The notes under the pieces are model-generated. The model was not told where the DNA came from, did no database searches, and worked only from the letters and a program-made list of their open reading frames with translations. DNA of 62,678 bases, filler included, from Pirum gemmata (lineage: Eukaryota): assembly GCA_002812295.1 (NCBI GenBank). It is 28 parts of 28 records of this genome, joined end to end, with 100 filler letters (N's around TTAATTAATTAA, not from the genome) between each part and the next. Parts side by side here need not be neighbours in the genome. Positions count along the whole stretch, not along the records: positions 1 to 1,937 come from PDIN01009791.1; positions 2,038 to 4,002 come from PDIN01009792.1; positions 4,103 to 6,007 come from PDIN01009793.1; positions 6,108 to 8,054 come from PDIN01009794.1; positions 8,155 to 10,064 come from PDIN01009795.1; positions 10,165 to 12,097 come from PDIN01009796.1; positions 12,198 to 14,106 come from PDIN01009797.1; 21 more parts are not named here. One strand, 5' to 3'. Both the position numbers and the translations under genes were made by a program. Positions 1-12,606 of the stretch are shown one piece after another; positions within the stretch are counted from its first letter, which is position 1; each line of letters opens with the position of its first letter.

Positions 1-60
1 GTTGTTGTTGTTGTTGTTGTTGTTGTTATTGTTATTACTAACCCTATTTTAAAATATAAG

Positions 61-1543
61 ATGGTTTTCTGAAGGTGATATGATAACTGGATATTCAGAA
101 GCGGACGTAACTTTCACTACAATTGGAAAAGGACCCATTACTTTTGACCTTTTTGCTTTAGCATTAAAAGTTTTATGTTTCAGACATCCTTTATTAAGAA
201 GTTATTTTGATGGTCGCAAGTATGTCTGGCGTGCAATAAATCTAAACAACTTACCGGTTACTTACGAATCATATAATAATGTTAGCACAGAAGAATTTAC
301 AAAATTTTGGAAAAACACCCTGTATAACTTTAACGACACTTCTTTATATATTGGTAAAACCTTAGAAGAGCGCATATCTACATTACAATGGTCAGCTAAA
401 TTGATAACTTCAACCCAACCCCTTACTACCAACAACAACGATAAAAACAACGATGACAACAACGATAACAACAACGATAACAACAACGATAACAACGATA
501 ACAATAATAGCAATAATAGCTATGTGATATTTTTCAAATTAACGCATGGTATAATAGATGGAACCTCTGGTAGCCTACTTTCTTCTGAATTAGTTCGTGT
601 AATTAATGAGTTGTTTAATAAAAAGGCTATTTCTGTAAAAGAACATGAATACGTCAAAGACGGTCAAAAAGAATGGTTCGATCGGTTAGCGGAGGAGTAT
701 AGAAAGCCCAGTAAAGAAATACAGAAAATATTGGACGCAGAAATGCAAAAAATTAACAAACCAGATATTTATGTACCTCTAAATAATACCAATACAAAGC
801 ATCATTCTGATTTTGAATTATGGGCCTTGACCGAAAAACAAAGCCATGACTTTTATTTACTTTGTAAAAAACATAAAGTAACTATTAATTCAGGTCTGGC
901 TGCGCTCGTAGTTATGGGGTTGAAAGAAACATTAACTATGGAGAGTAATATCAAAAATAGAGTTAACCGTGGAAAGGCAAACGAAGTTGGTATTATTAAT
1001 AATATTCCAACCAAAATTCCTATTCTGATTCCAATTGAAAGTAGAAAATACTGCAAAGAACATGTTCCGAAACGTGAGCTTGGTAGTCCCGTACTATGTG
1101 CCCCGTTCGTTGTTGATACGGTTAAGAACTCTAACTTTTGGGATACGGCAACTAATTTGCATTTAAATATTTACAGATTCTTGGATTTGAAAGTACACCT
1201 TCATCGCACTGATGACGACTTGATTCAAAACAGCATGCAACAAATGGTTGATGAAGCCAAAGAAGGTAGCTCGCCATTTCGTTACATGTTAACTAATGTT
1301 GGTAATTTGGATCCTTATATGAAAAACACGAAAGACGATAGTATAGTTATTGAGAATCAGTATTTTACAACAAATCAATCTTGTTCCAAAGTAAGAGCTA
1401 TCATTTACGCGGGAATGGTAAATCAAAAAATACACTTAACGCTTGGTGCCACGGACAACGAGGCAGGACAATTTACCAAATTCAATCAAAAATTATTTAC
1501 AAATTGGAAAAGAATTCTGTTATACATTCTATCGGATCAGTGA
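61..1543 (+). CDS. Terminal exon of a condensation-fold (CoA-dependent acyltransferase; PapA5/alcohol acetyltransferase-like) protein
   Basis: Long ORF with the HxxxDG catalytic motif (FKLTHGIIDGTSG), a C-terminal lobe with CKKHKVTINSGL and MLTNVG motifs, and an Asn/Asp insertion. A likely acceptor (CTAAC...TAAG at 59-60) lies upstream in frame, so the 5' end is probably missing. Confidence 0.7.
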
Positions 1544-1937
1544 ATAATATTTGTATTTTTTTTTTATTAATTAAAATTTTTAAAAAAAAAAAAAATTAAA
1601 AAGAAATTTATAAGTTTAGAAAATGTGCATAACTCTAGCTAGTAGCTATGGTAATATAACTGTTAATAACATAGTCTGTCTATCATACTATAATAGCTAG
1701 AAGTCCACTACTAGCTAGCTAGAGCTCATTAAAACTGCCCATTATCATAGCTAGCTAGTTAACGTTGTTGTTGTGATTTTTGCGATTTAACTATTTCTTC
1801 ATTCGTATCTTTGGCTTTAGCTTTCCTCTTAACCTTATGAGCTTTTGAATTATCGATCCCTCGACTATTGTTAATACCCTTTATCTCTTGAAGTATTGTT
1901 TCACACCTATATACTATATAATATAATAATAATAATA

Positions 1938-2037
1938 NNNNNNNNNNNNNNNNNNNNNNNNNNNNNNNNNNNNNNNNNNNNTTAATTAATTAANNNNNNN
2001 NNNNNNNNNNNNNNNNNNNNNNNNNNNNNNNNNNNNN
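1938..2037. other. Artificial contig-joining spacer (N44-TTAATTAATTAA-N44); first of 27 in the window
   Basis: The same 12-mer, with stops in all six frames and flanked by N runs, recurs at ~1982, 4047, 6052, 8099, 10109 ... 60705. Confidence 0.97.
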
Positions 2038-2131
2038 TATCATTATTAATTATTATTATTATTATATATTATTATACTTTATTGCATTTTTTTGTGTTGG
2101 TAATAGAAGTATAGAAGTTAGCGACAGTTTT

Positions 2132-3780
2132 ATGGAAATTGACTCCTATACTACAACAGGTCTCACAAAACCTATACAGGCGCTTTTATCAGAAGAATTT
2201 GATCTTAACCTTTTAAATGAACAATTAACCTTAGGATTGAATCCTAATAAAAAGGATGCCGCTGGACTCACTCTGTTGCACCACGCTGTTCTGGAAAGAA
2301 AATACGAAGCATTATCCTTACTCGTTAAACTGGAAAATATCAATGTAAATAGTGGTGACTCAGACTTGGACACGCCTCTCCACTATGCTGTAAAATTAAA
2401 CGATTTAACTTCTATTCAAATTTTATTTTCCATTCTAAAGAATATACCCCCTTCATCCTCGCCGTTAGGTTAGGATTCTCTCGATTTGTGTCTATGTTTC
2501 TATCCTGCGATGATGTCGAAGCTGTAAATTATTTAAACCATTCAACAAAAATGGGAGATGGTCCGTTATCATGTGCGGTAATGAATCAATGCTACTCTAC
2601 TTCTCAAATTATTATCCAGAAAATGTTAGAATTAGGTTTGGTATCAGTTCCTATTGGTAGTGTAAATCAATTTTCGTCCTTACAATATGCTATCAATGGT
2701 AATGATATTGTTTTCGTTGAATTGGTTTTAAAAGCTTTTCCTTCAGCTCTCTGCTCCTTTACTTCCAACCACACGAATAAAAATATTAAAGATATGATGC
2801 GCGATCCTCTTGTTTTGGCTATTAAAAATTGCAATGCAAAAATTTTGTCATTGTTATTAAAAAGTGCAAATTGGGATTATGATTATTTATTGAAATGTTC
2901 TATTGTAGCTTTGGAAGAAACCGTTAACCCCTCTGCATCCATCTTATCTCTTTTGTTGCAATCAGGGAATCCTTGGACCATTAGAAGTTGTTGGGAAAAT
3001 TATAAATTTAACCCTCGACAGTATAATAATAAAAAAGGTTTAGGCAGTTTCATAACAAGGTTATTTCAGTTTGGTCCTAGTATAATTAATGTGTTTTTTT
3101 CTTCTGCTAAATCAGAAAATAATTTCCATATACCAAAAGAAACACTTATTGAATTAGTTCAGTCTGGAACATATGTAAAACTTCAATATGTCAATTTTAG
3201 TTTTTGTTTAGGGAATATGGATAGTTGCCCACATTATCTACTGGAGGAGAGTCATTATGGAAAACGGGAGCATGGCTCAGTTACCCCCAACTTTCCTGCT
3301 AACCTTTGTCTACGAGTATTGGATAAGATTTCAATTTACCGTATTCTTAGTCTTCCTAAGCTTAAGATTCCAATGGACCAAAACTTGTCTTATTTGTTTG
3401 GAATTCTGGAGAGCGATGGTAAAAGTGATATGATAGAAGTTCTTTTATTACGTTTCAGGGGTACATTTAAATTTGATTTTACTATTAATGACATAAACGT
3501 AATAGATTACCTATTACAATCAAGTAAAGAGGACACGTTATGTGAAATGATAAAGAATAATAATAAGAGTTTAAATTCAGATATCGATGCTGTATATGAA
3601 CTGTTAGATAAAGTTTCTTACAATGGTTCTGCAAAACTTACAAACTTACTGTTGAATGAATTTCATATTAAACCATCGATACTCAAAAGTGCAAGATTGA
3701 CAGCTAGAGAGCAAAAGCATTACGAGGTAGTATCAACAATAGATGAATTCTGTGAAAAGACATATGGAAATGAAAATTAA
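2132..3780 (+). CDS. Ankyrin-repeat protein, probably two exons (2132-2468, 2522-3780)
   Basis: Ankyrin motifs (GLTLLHHAV, DTPLHYAV, DGPLSCAV, SSLQYAI, DPLVLAI). Removing a 53-nt GT...AG intron (2469-2521) joins the two listed ORFs in frame (~531 aa). Confidence 0.75.
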
Positions 3781-4320
3781 AGCATATATACTTATATATA
3801 TATGCATGAATATTTATCATCATGGGGATATGGGAAAACATAATCGAATGTTGATACATGTTAAGTAGTTAGTATATATATTATATTATATAGTTTATTA
3901 TTAATATAGTTACATGATTTATATACATTATATTATGTTTTATTTTATAATATTTGAAGTCTAGCTAATTGGCAAATTATTATTATTATTATTATTATTA
4001 TTNNNNNNNNNNNNNNNNNNNNNNNNNNNNNNNNNNNNNNNNNNNNTTAATTAATTAANNNNNNNNNNNNNNNNNNNNNNNNNNNNNNNNNNNNNNNNNN
4101 NNATAATAATAATGATAATAATAATAATAATAATAACCTTTTTAAAGGTTCTGGAAAAGCAGGATCTCTGTCATCGTGTTTGAAGTGAGTTACGTTGAAT
4201 GTCTCATCAATCTTTTTTTTTAATTAATTCAATTACATTACTTAAATTATTGCAATCACAAACAACAACAAAAAACAACAACAACAAACATCATCAACAA
4301 CAAGAACAAAAAACAAACTA

Positions 4321-4985
4321 GATAATGATAATGATAATGATAATGATAGTTATAACGATAATGATAGTGATTGTTGATAATGATTGATGATAATGATAAT
4401 GATAATGATAATGATAATGATAAATATTGGTGATAATGATAATGATAATGATAATGATGATGATAATGATAATGATTAATGATAATGATATTGACATTGA
4501 TAATGATATTGATAATGATAATGATATTGATAATGATAATGATAATGATAATGATAATGATAATGATAATGGTAGTAATAATGATAATAATAATGAAAAC
4601 AAAAATGATAATGGTAATGTAATGAAAATGAAAATGAAAATGATAATGATAATGATAATGATAATGATAATGATATAATGATAATGATAATGATAATGGT
4701 ATTGGTATTGATATTAATATTGATATTGATATTGATATTGCTTTTTATACTGATAATGATAATGAGAATGATAATGAGAATGATAATGAGAATGATAATG
4801 AGAATGATAATGATAATGATAATGATAATGATAATGATAATGATAATGATAATGATAATGAAGGGAAGGGAGGAAACAAAATGATAATGTTAATGATAAT
4901 GATATTGATAATAATACTGATAATGATATTGATAATTATATTGATAATTATATTGATAATGATAAGGATATTGATTTTAATACTG
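4321..4985. repeat. (GATAAT)n hexamer microsatellite array with variants
   Basis: Directly visible tandem GATAAT/GATATT/GAAAAT units. Confidence 0.9.
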
Positions 4986-5097
4986 ATAAAACAGCTCCTA
5001 AGTTATCGTATTTCCCGCAATAATTTGGCGCCGAAAATATTGTAGTAACCAGAGGAAGTTCAAATTTCTCATCACGTGTTTCTATGTTGTTATTGGT

Positions 5098-5137
<40 letters not shown>

Positions 5138-5142
5138 GTAAC

Positions 5143-5179
<37 letters not shown>

Positions 5180-5787
5180 GATGTATTGAACGATTTTGAA
5201 AAATTGAATTTTTTTTATGAGCTTGTTTCTAGTAACGAAAATCTTAAAGCCTATTGGGCAAGTGAAAAATATACAAAATTAATGGTTCCGAAATAAAATA
5301 TTTTGCGAGTCGAGTCGTCTTGAAATATTCAACTTTTAGTTGAATATGTTCAAAAATTATCGAGCTTATTTAATAGTTAGGTTTGGTTTTTTGATCATGT
5401 TCCTTTCTCTCCAAAAAAGTTGGGAAAAAGAGGCAGGATCGATAGCAGGGAGAGGAAGTAGGGAAAAACGCAGGGAATCCGGAGGGGCGGGAAAAAAGAA
5501 CCAATAAAAATAATAAAAAAAAGTTTTTTTTCTCCCTAAAAAAAGAGAAAATTTTTAATATAATATTGTATGGTTTTTTGAATCTAGCATTCTTTAAAGC
5601 AAAATAAACACGTATTCACAATATGATAAACAACTACTAAAACATAAATTTAAAACTATGAAGATATAAAATAAGAAGAAAGAGACTAATATACACTATT
5701 AAACCGATGGAGAAATAAATACAAATATTAATATTAAATAAAAAATAAAAAATAAAAAATACAATATAACATAATAATAATAATAAA

Positions 5788-5938
5788 AGTGCTTTTCATT
5801 TATTTTGTCATTAAATATTTATTTGGTGGGTTATTACCTTTAAATTTGTATTTTTTAAATGAATAAATAGATAATAAAACATATACCAAAAAAAAAGGAA
5901 ATTGATTTGTATTGTATTAATTTGATATTCGTTTATTT
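5788..5938. repeat. Dispersed ~150-bp repeat; also at 16853-17033 (reverse) and 55027-55173
   Basis: Shared string GCTTTTCATTTATTTTGTCA...TATTTATTTGG...ATATACCAAA...TGTATTAATTTGATA. Confidence 0.75.
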
Positions 5939-6181
5939 TCATTTAAATTGTTGTTAATAATATCCTTTTGTCTATTTCAATACAGTTCCTCTCGATCATT
6001 AATTTGTNNNNNNNNNNNNNNNNNNNNNNNNNNNNNNNNNNNNNNNNNNNNTTAATTAATTAANNNNNNNNNNNNNNNNNNNNNNNNNNNNNNNNNNNNN
6101 NNNNNNNTAATATTAATAATAATAAACAATAGTAAAATATATGGTCCTTACCTTTCTTTATTCAAAAATATAAGCTTAAAA

Positions 6182-7588
6182 ATGACGACTACTAGTATAA
6201 ACACCATAGAGCGACAGGACCCCACGGTTTCCACGACGACAAGTAATAATTCAGTTATGATTAGTGCTCGATTAGAATACGAACAATTATCAGTTTACAA
6301 TAAGCAATATAACAAAAAATATGGTTGGGGAATTTATTTTTTCATTGTTATTATCGTAGTCGTAGTATTAAATTTACCATTTATGATACAGATTGTCAAA
6401 TATAATTCCACATCAGCCTCGCATCTTTTTTATGCCAATCTTTACAAAGAGATAACATGGTTAAAACAAAACAAAACGAGCAACAAAAAGTTAAATGATT
6501 TAATCTTAATACCAACGTTAAATTGGACTAATGCTCAACAACAAAATTATCACAATTTATTAAAACAACAACAAAACTTACAATTGCAACGCAAACTAAT
6601 AGACGAAGAGCAACACTACGTTACTGAATTAGGGTTCAAAGTATGGTTTTTATGTTTATACTCAGGAATAATACATTTAATTTTATGTGTATTAATATTA
6701 ATTTATTTAAATTATCATTTATTCCAGCAAAATATTGTATTCCGAAGCAGATCAAAGTATACTATATATCAAATTACTTTTATTATTCCCTTGTGTATTT
6801 TTGCAAGTTTACTAATGTCTTTGGGATTCAATTTTCTAATCCCTAAAGAATGGTTTGGAGCGATTGGGATACTTGGTATGTCGCTTTGTTTTTTATTATG
6901 TCAGTTATTGTGTGGTATTATTTTATGTAGAATGAGATTAGTTTACTTAATTTTCACCTCCAAAAAAATCTTACATTTATCTTTTTTGGAATACTACAAA
7001 TTATTTCCAATAGTGTTCATATTCGCCGGAATGGCAGTGCTCCCACTTATTTTACAATTGTTCGGGAACAATTTTTTTTATAGCGCAGATTTAACTAAAT
7101 TTTATGGCTGTTCTATACAAATGGGTTGTCTGTCTGTGTATATGATATGGATTGGTTATTACACATATAAAAGTAAAGACATAGCACCAGAATATTCAGA
7201 TTTTTACTCTAACATTCGCATTATTATAACCATGTGTATTTTCACTTATACCAGCATCCCGTTGGCCATGGTAACTGTCTTTCATGCCTTGTCTTTGATG
7301 GTGGCTGGTTTTTGTTTTCAGGCAGCTTTGTTGATTTATTTACTGGATATGTTTAGTTTGTTAGTGTATGTTCAAATAAAAATGAGGCCAGGTGAGAAAA
7401 TAGAAACTGATAGTATTTCTACTAGTAAACGATTGGCGCTCCCAAACTATATTGGTAGTGGTAGTGATAGTGCTAGCAACATTAATAGCCATAATAATAA
7501 TAATAAGAACATCGAACCCAAAGCTACAGGTGAAAATAATCCCACCAAACAACATGATCTTGTTATAGTAGAATTAGAAGAAAGTTAG
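6182..7588 (+). CDS. Multi-pass membrane protein, class C (7tm_3/GABA-B-like) GPCR-like 7TM domain with an extra N-terminal hydrophobic helix
   Basis: Intronless 468-aa ORF with about 8 hydrophobic segments. Class C-like signatures: VFRSRS after TM1, ILCRMRLVYLIF at the end of TM3, YKSKDIAPEYSDF after TM5. Confidence 0.6.
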   Translation: MTTTSINTIERQDPTVSTTTSNNSVMISARLEYEQLSVYNKQYNKKYGWGIYFFIVIIVVVVLNLPFMIQIVKYNSTSASHLFYANLYKEITWLKQNKTSNKKLNDLILIPTLNWTNAQQQNYHNLLKQQQNLQLQRKLIDEEQHYVTELGFKVWFLCLYSGIIHLILCVLILIYLNYHLFQQNIVFRSRSKYTIYQITFIIPLCIFASLLMSLGFNFLIPKEWFGAIGILGMSLCFLLCQLLCGIILCRMRLVYLIFTSKKILHLSFLEYYKLFPIVFIFAGMAVLPLILQLFGNNFFYSADLTKFYGCSIQMGCLSVYMIWIGYYTYKSKDIAPEYSDFYSNIRIIITMCIFTYTSIPLAMVTVFHALSLMVAGFCFQAALLIYLLDMFSLLVYVQIKMRPGEKIETDSISTSKRLALPNYIGSGSDSASNINSHNNNNKNIEPKATGENNPTKQHDLVIVELEES

Positions 7589-8398
7589 ATGGTGAATAAG
7601 GTAAAAAATAGATTTAATTTGATATATATTTAATAAAACAATAATAACCAAGTCAAAGTGTTTTAATTAATTAATAACAACAGTAATAATTCAAAACAAC
7701 AATGATAGTAATAAATATAATAATAAAAATATCACTAAACAACAATAACCAAGTCATAGTGTTTTAAGTAATTAATAATAACAGTAATAATTTATAACTA
7801 CAATGATACTTGTAGTATTAGTAATAAATATAATAAAAATAAAAATAAAAAAAACAAACTTACTGTTAAACGTAACCCTCATATTCTGATTCTTTACAAA
7901 AAGTTAAAGAATCCATCTTATCAATAAACAACTCCCCATTCAGATGATCATATTCATGCTAATCACAAAGCATTAAAATACATGTAGACGTTTTAATATA
8001 TAATAACAATATTATTATTATTATTATTATTAATATTAATATTAATAGGGCTTANNNNNNNNNNNNNNNNNNNNNNNNNNNNNNNNNNNNNNNNNNNNTT
8101 AATTAATTAANNNNNNNNNNNNNNNNNNNNNNNNNNNNNNNNNNNNNNNNNNNNAAAACAAAACAAAACAAAACAAAACAAAACAAAAACAAAACAACAA
8201 CACAACACAACACAACAACAAAACCAAAACAACACAAAACAAAACAAAATAAAAACAAAGCCAAACAAAAACAAAACAAAACAAAAGCGAAACCAAAGCA
8301 GTATCAGTATCATTAATAACATTATTAACATTAAAATCAACTAGCTATAGTATATTGTTGATTAAATATTGATCATGCTTAGGGATAATAACCTTAAA

Positions 8399-9736
8399 AT
8401 GTCGAATAATCCATTTCGCCAAGACAATATCATTATTAATATATCACCACCTAGTTCACCATGTTCTAATTCATCTTCAAAACAACCACAGCCAACACAA
8501 CCACAACCACAACCACAACCACAACCACAACCACAACCACAACAAGAACAACACCATCTAAATACTGTTGTCAATACCAATAGAAGAAACTCATTACCGA
8601 ATATGATTACAAGCGTTAACTCTAATTATGATAATTATGATGATAGACGATCAAGGAGTAACAGTGTACAAAGTAATAGTAGTAATATTAATATTCCAGT
8701 TTTACCACGTGCTTTTAGTCAAAGTAGTTTATATAGCATGGACAGCAGGTTAAATTTAAAATTATTAATTATCATTATTATTATTGTTGTTGTTATTCTT
8801 GTTGTTGTTATTATTTTTGCTATTATTGTTATTATTATTAGTATTAGTATTATTTTTATTAATTATCATTATTATTACTGTAATTCTTATTTTATTATTA
8901 ATTATTCTTATTATTAAATTTTATTATTAATACTATTAATTATTATTATTATTAATTATTATTAATTATTATTAATTATTATTATTGTATTTATTATTAT
9001 TATTAATTATTATTATTATTAATTATTATTATTATCATAATTAATTATTATTATTATTATTAATTATTATCATTATCATTATTAATTATCATTATAATTA
9101 TTACTTATCGATTACTATTATTACTTAATTATTATCATTATTTGATTTTTATTATTATTTAGTTATTATTATTATTTAAATTTCATTAATTGATTATTAT
9201 TATTAATCAATTGTTATTATTAATTAATTAACTAATTTTCATTTAATTATTATTATTTATTATGTATTTTTAATTAATTAATTAATTAATTAATTTTATT
9301 AAATTATTATTACCAACTAATAGATACAGCATGCAAAGTATTGCAAAAGATCCAAACGAAAACACAGTAATCGGTGTATTTGATAATCACAAAAAACCCG
9401 ATGGAAAAACGAATTATTTTTTGAAATTTGAAGGTAATCTCTCTCCGTCACCTACCAGCCCCTATGGGGTGTTGAAAAGCCAAAGTAAGCGTAAAAAAAC
9501 CCCAACTAGGGTGACCACTGTCATTCCTTTTTATAACGAAGAAAAAAAAGAATTAAATCGAACTTTAGAAAGTCTCTGGGAACAAGAACAGGAATGCCTT
9601 CAAAATACAACTAATGGGGGTACTGATGACGGTAACAGGCTGGCAAACTTGGAGTTTTTGTATGTGGCTGTAATGGATGGTTATTATAAGGCTTCTAATT
9701 CTATGATTGATTATATTTGTGATATGTATGGTGATG
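8399..9736 (+). CDS. Chitin synthase (GT2), 5' part: exons 8399-8748 and 9324-9736
   Basis: The TTVIPFYNEE...LNRTLESL and YVAVMDG motifs match the start of the chitin synthase catalytic domain. GT-AG intron 8749-9323 gives an in-frame join (SMDSR-YSMQ). GTAAGT donor at 9737. The gene is truncated by the contig end. Confidence 0.75.
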
Positions 9737-10642
9737 GTAAGTAATTCGATTGGTATTATAATTTGAATTAACAATATTTTAATGTTAATTATAATATTGT
9801 TTAATCTTTATTTATTTATTTATTTATTTATTATTGTTATTATTATTATTATTAATATTAATATTTAATATTTAATATTTATTATTTATTGTTTATTTAT
9901 TATTATTATTATTATTATTACTATTATTATTATTATGGTGATGGTAAGTAATTCGATTGGTGTTATAATTTCCATTAACAATATTAATGCTAATTATAAT
10001 ATTGTTTAATCTTTTTTTTATTCTTTAATTTGTTTGTTTGTCGTTATAGTTATAGTTATAGTTANNNNNNNNNNNNNNNNNNNNNNNNNNNNNNNNNNNN
10101 NNNNNNNNTTAATTAATTAANNNNNNNNNNNNNNNNNNNNNNNNNNNNNNNNNNNNNNNNNNNNTTTTTTTTTATTTTTTTTTTTTTTTATTTTTTTTTT
10201 GTTTTTTTGTTTTTATTTTTTGTCATTATTTTATTATTATTTTATATTATTTTTATTTTTTTTGAGAAATAAAAAACTCAAGATCCACTTCAAATACCAA
10301 ATTACATTAGTTATTCGTAACCACAAATTAAATCAACACAATCAGCCCACAACCTTATTGAATTTATCAAGCCAGTGATGATAAATTTATCAATTTCAAT
10401 CTAGTTATTTCAACTGATTTTTTTTTACAGCATATCAGTGTATATTTATTATTTCAACCATTTCCTAGCACCTACAAAGGTACATTTATTATTATTTTTT
10501 TTAATTAAAAGGTTCTTTTTGGGGTCTGAAGAGTATAACATCATTATAAATAATGACGTCATTTTTTGGTTCAAACGTCATTATGACGTCATTTTTTAAA
10601 ATAAGGTATATATTTTATTAATGGATAAACCACTTCAGCAAT

Positions 10643-10715
10643 TCCTCATTGGTCTAGTGGTTTAGGATTTTCGACTTTCACTCGGAAGGCCAGGGTTCGA
10701 TTCCCTGATGAGGAG
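10643..10715 (+). tRNA. tRNA-Glu (anticodon TTC)
   Basis: Acceptor stem TCCTCAT/ATGAGGA, A-box TGGTCTAGTGG, anticodon arm TTCGA-CT-TTC-AC-TCGGA, T arm CAGGG-TTCGATT-CCCTG. Confidence 0.95.
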
Positions 10716-12197
10716 TAACTAAAAATATCGTTTTCTTTTAGTTTAAGTATAGTAATAATTATGTATTTTTGGTATGATAACAAGATTCCCATAAAACTAA
10801 TTTTTTGAATCGTGACATTCCATTTTTTTTAATTTCTTTCCCACCTGATTTTTTTTTCTTTTTCTTTTTAACGTAAAAGTATAATAATTCTGTATTTTTG
10901 GTAAGACGATTACCATAAAATTAATTTTCAAGCATATTATTTTCAATTTCCACCTGTTTTTTTATTACTTTTTTTTAACGTCTATTTTTTAAATGTGGTT
11001 TTTTTTTTGGTTTTCTATTTCCTATCTTTTGGTAAATATACTGATATCAAATATGGTAACATTATTTCCATAAAAAACATTTAAATCATAGTCCTGCTTT
11101 TTTGTTTTTTTGAGACACTATTCGGTAAAGGTTAATTATATAAATGATTTTTTTTGTATTTCCTATCTTTTTCATTCTATTTTTTTAATGTGAATGTTTT
11201 TTTTTTTTTTGTATTTCTTATCTTTTGGCAAATATATTGATATCAATTTCTAGGTGTATGACCAAACATGGTAACAATATTACCATTAGGTAACTAATTT
11301 TTCAAATCGTGACATTCTACTATAAATATATAAATATATATAAATAAAACTAAGAAAATAAAACTGAAAAAAAAAATCATATCTAACCTGCTTTTTTTTG
11401 AAAACCTATTCCGTAAAAGTTCAACAGTTTTTTGGCCTTTTGTAAGGTTTGCTTTCCTTTATTTTCCTTTTTAAGCTTCAGGGTTAGTGTAAGGTTTAGT
11501 TAGGGGGATAGATTTTGCCCTTGGGTGGCTAAAACCCAAGGTTTGTTGTAAGTCTAATTGAAATTTATTCATTCATTTTTTCAATGCCAAAAAAAAAAGA
11601 AAAAACAATATATGGGAAATGAATAGAAATAGTGACTAAATAATAACAACAATTGAAAGTAAGAACCACAGCGATAATGATAATGATAATTACAAGAGTA
11701 ATATAATAATATAGATAATTATTAAAAATAATAGTAATAGTTATTTGTAGTTATTGTGATAATACCAAAAAACAGTTATAATGATAATAGTATCAAGCCA
11801 GAAATTAAGAACTACAATGATTTATTTATTTATTTATTTATTTATCTATTTATTTACTTATTTATTTATTTATTTATTTATTTTATTTATTTATTTATTT
11901 ATTTATTTTATTACTTTTGCTATTTAATGATTAAAGGCACTAATACATAATAGTAACATTTTTCCCTTTTTGTTCATGTCTTAAACAAGATAACAATAAA
12001 AAAAAATAAGAGTAATTGAGTGATAAATAATAATAATAATAATAATAATAATTTTTTGATCTACTTTTTAAGTATTGACTCACTTTTGATTTCATTANNN
12101 NNNNNNNNNNNNNNNNNNNNNNNNNNNNNNNNNNNNNNNNNTTAATTAATTAANNNNNNNNNNNNNNNNNNNNNNNNNNNNNNNNNNNNNNNNNNNN

Positions 12198-12575
12198 TAT
12201 TATTATTATTATTATTATTATAGCTACCATTGCTGTTGTGGTTGTGGTTGCTTTTGTTGGTATTATTATTATTGTCGTTAGTGTTGGTTTTGGTGGTAAT
12301 ACTACTATTGGTATTAATATCATTATTACTGTTGCTGCTGTTATTGATGGTGTTGTTGTTAGTGTTGTTGTTGTTGGTGATGTGGCCAATGCTGTTGCTG
12401 TGGTTGCTCCTGTTAACAAAACCAATATCACCATCATCATCATCCTCAATAATTATACAATCATCATCAGTAGTATTATTATTGCTATTAGCATTAGTAT
12501 TAGTATTCTCTATAGCTAATTGATTGCTATTATTATTATTATTACTATTATTATTATTGTTATTATTATTGTTAA

Positions 12576-12606
<31 letters not shown>

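Noticed and set aside
1982..1993. Regularly spaced TTAATTAATTAA motif every ~2 kb, which could look like a biological repeat or nanochromosome boundary
   Set aside because: It is always embedded in N44 runs and provides six-frame stops, so it is an artificial concatenation linker.
4318..5296. ORF-track entries made of poly-I/M/L/V/T, LG, RV or similar runs (here and at ~8100, 24831-25352, 31660-32397, 36950-37347, 47574-48678, 50073, 58053)
   Set aside because: They are translations of microsatellites or antisense shadows of real low-complexity exons.
1541..7588. Non-standard (ciliate-like) genetic code suggested by AT richness
   Set aside because: Long genes end at TGA (1543), TAA (3780) and TAG (7588), and conserved proteins read through without internal stops.
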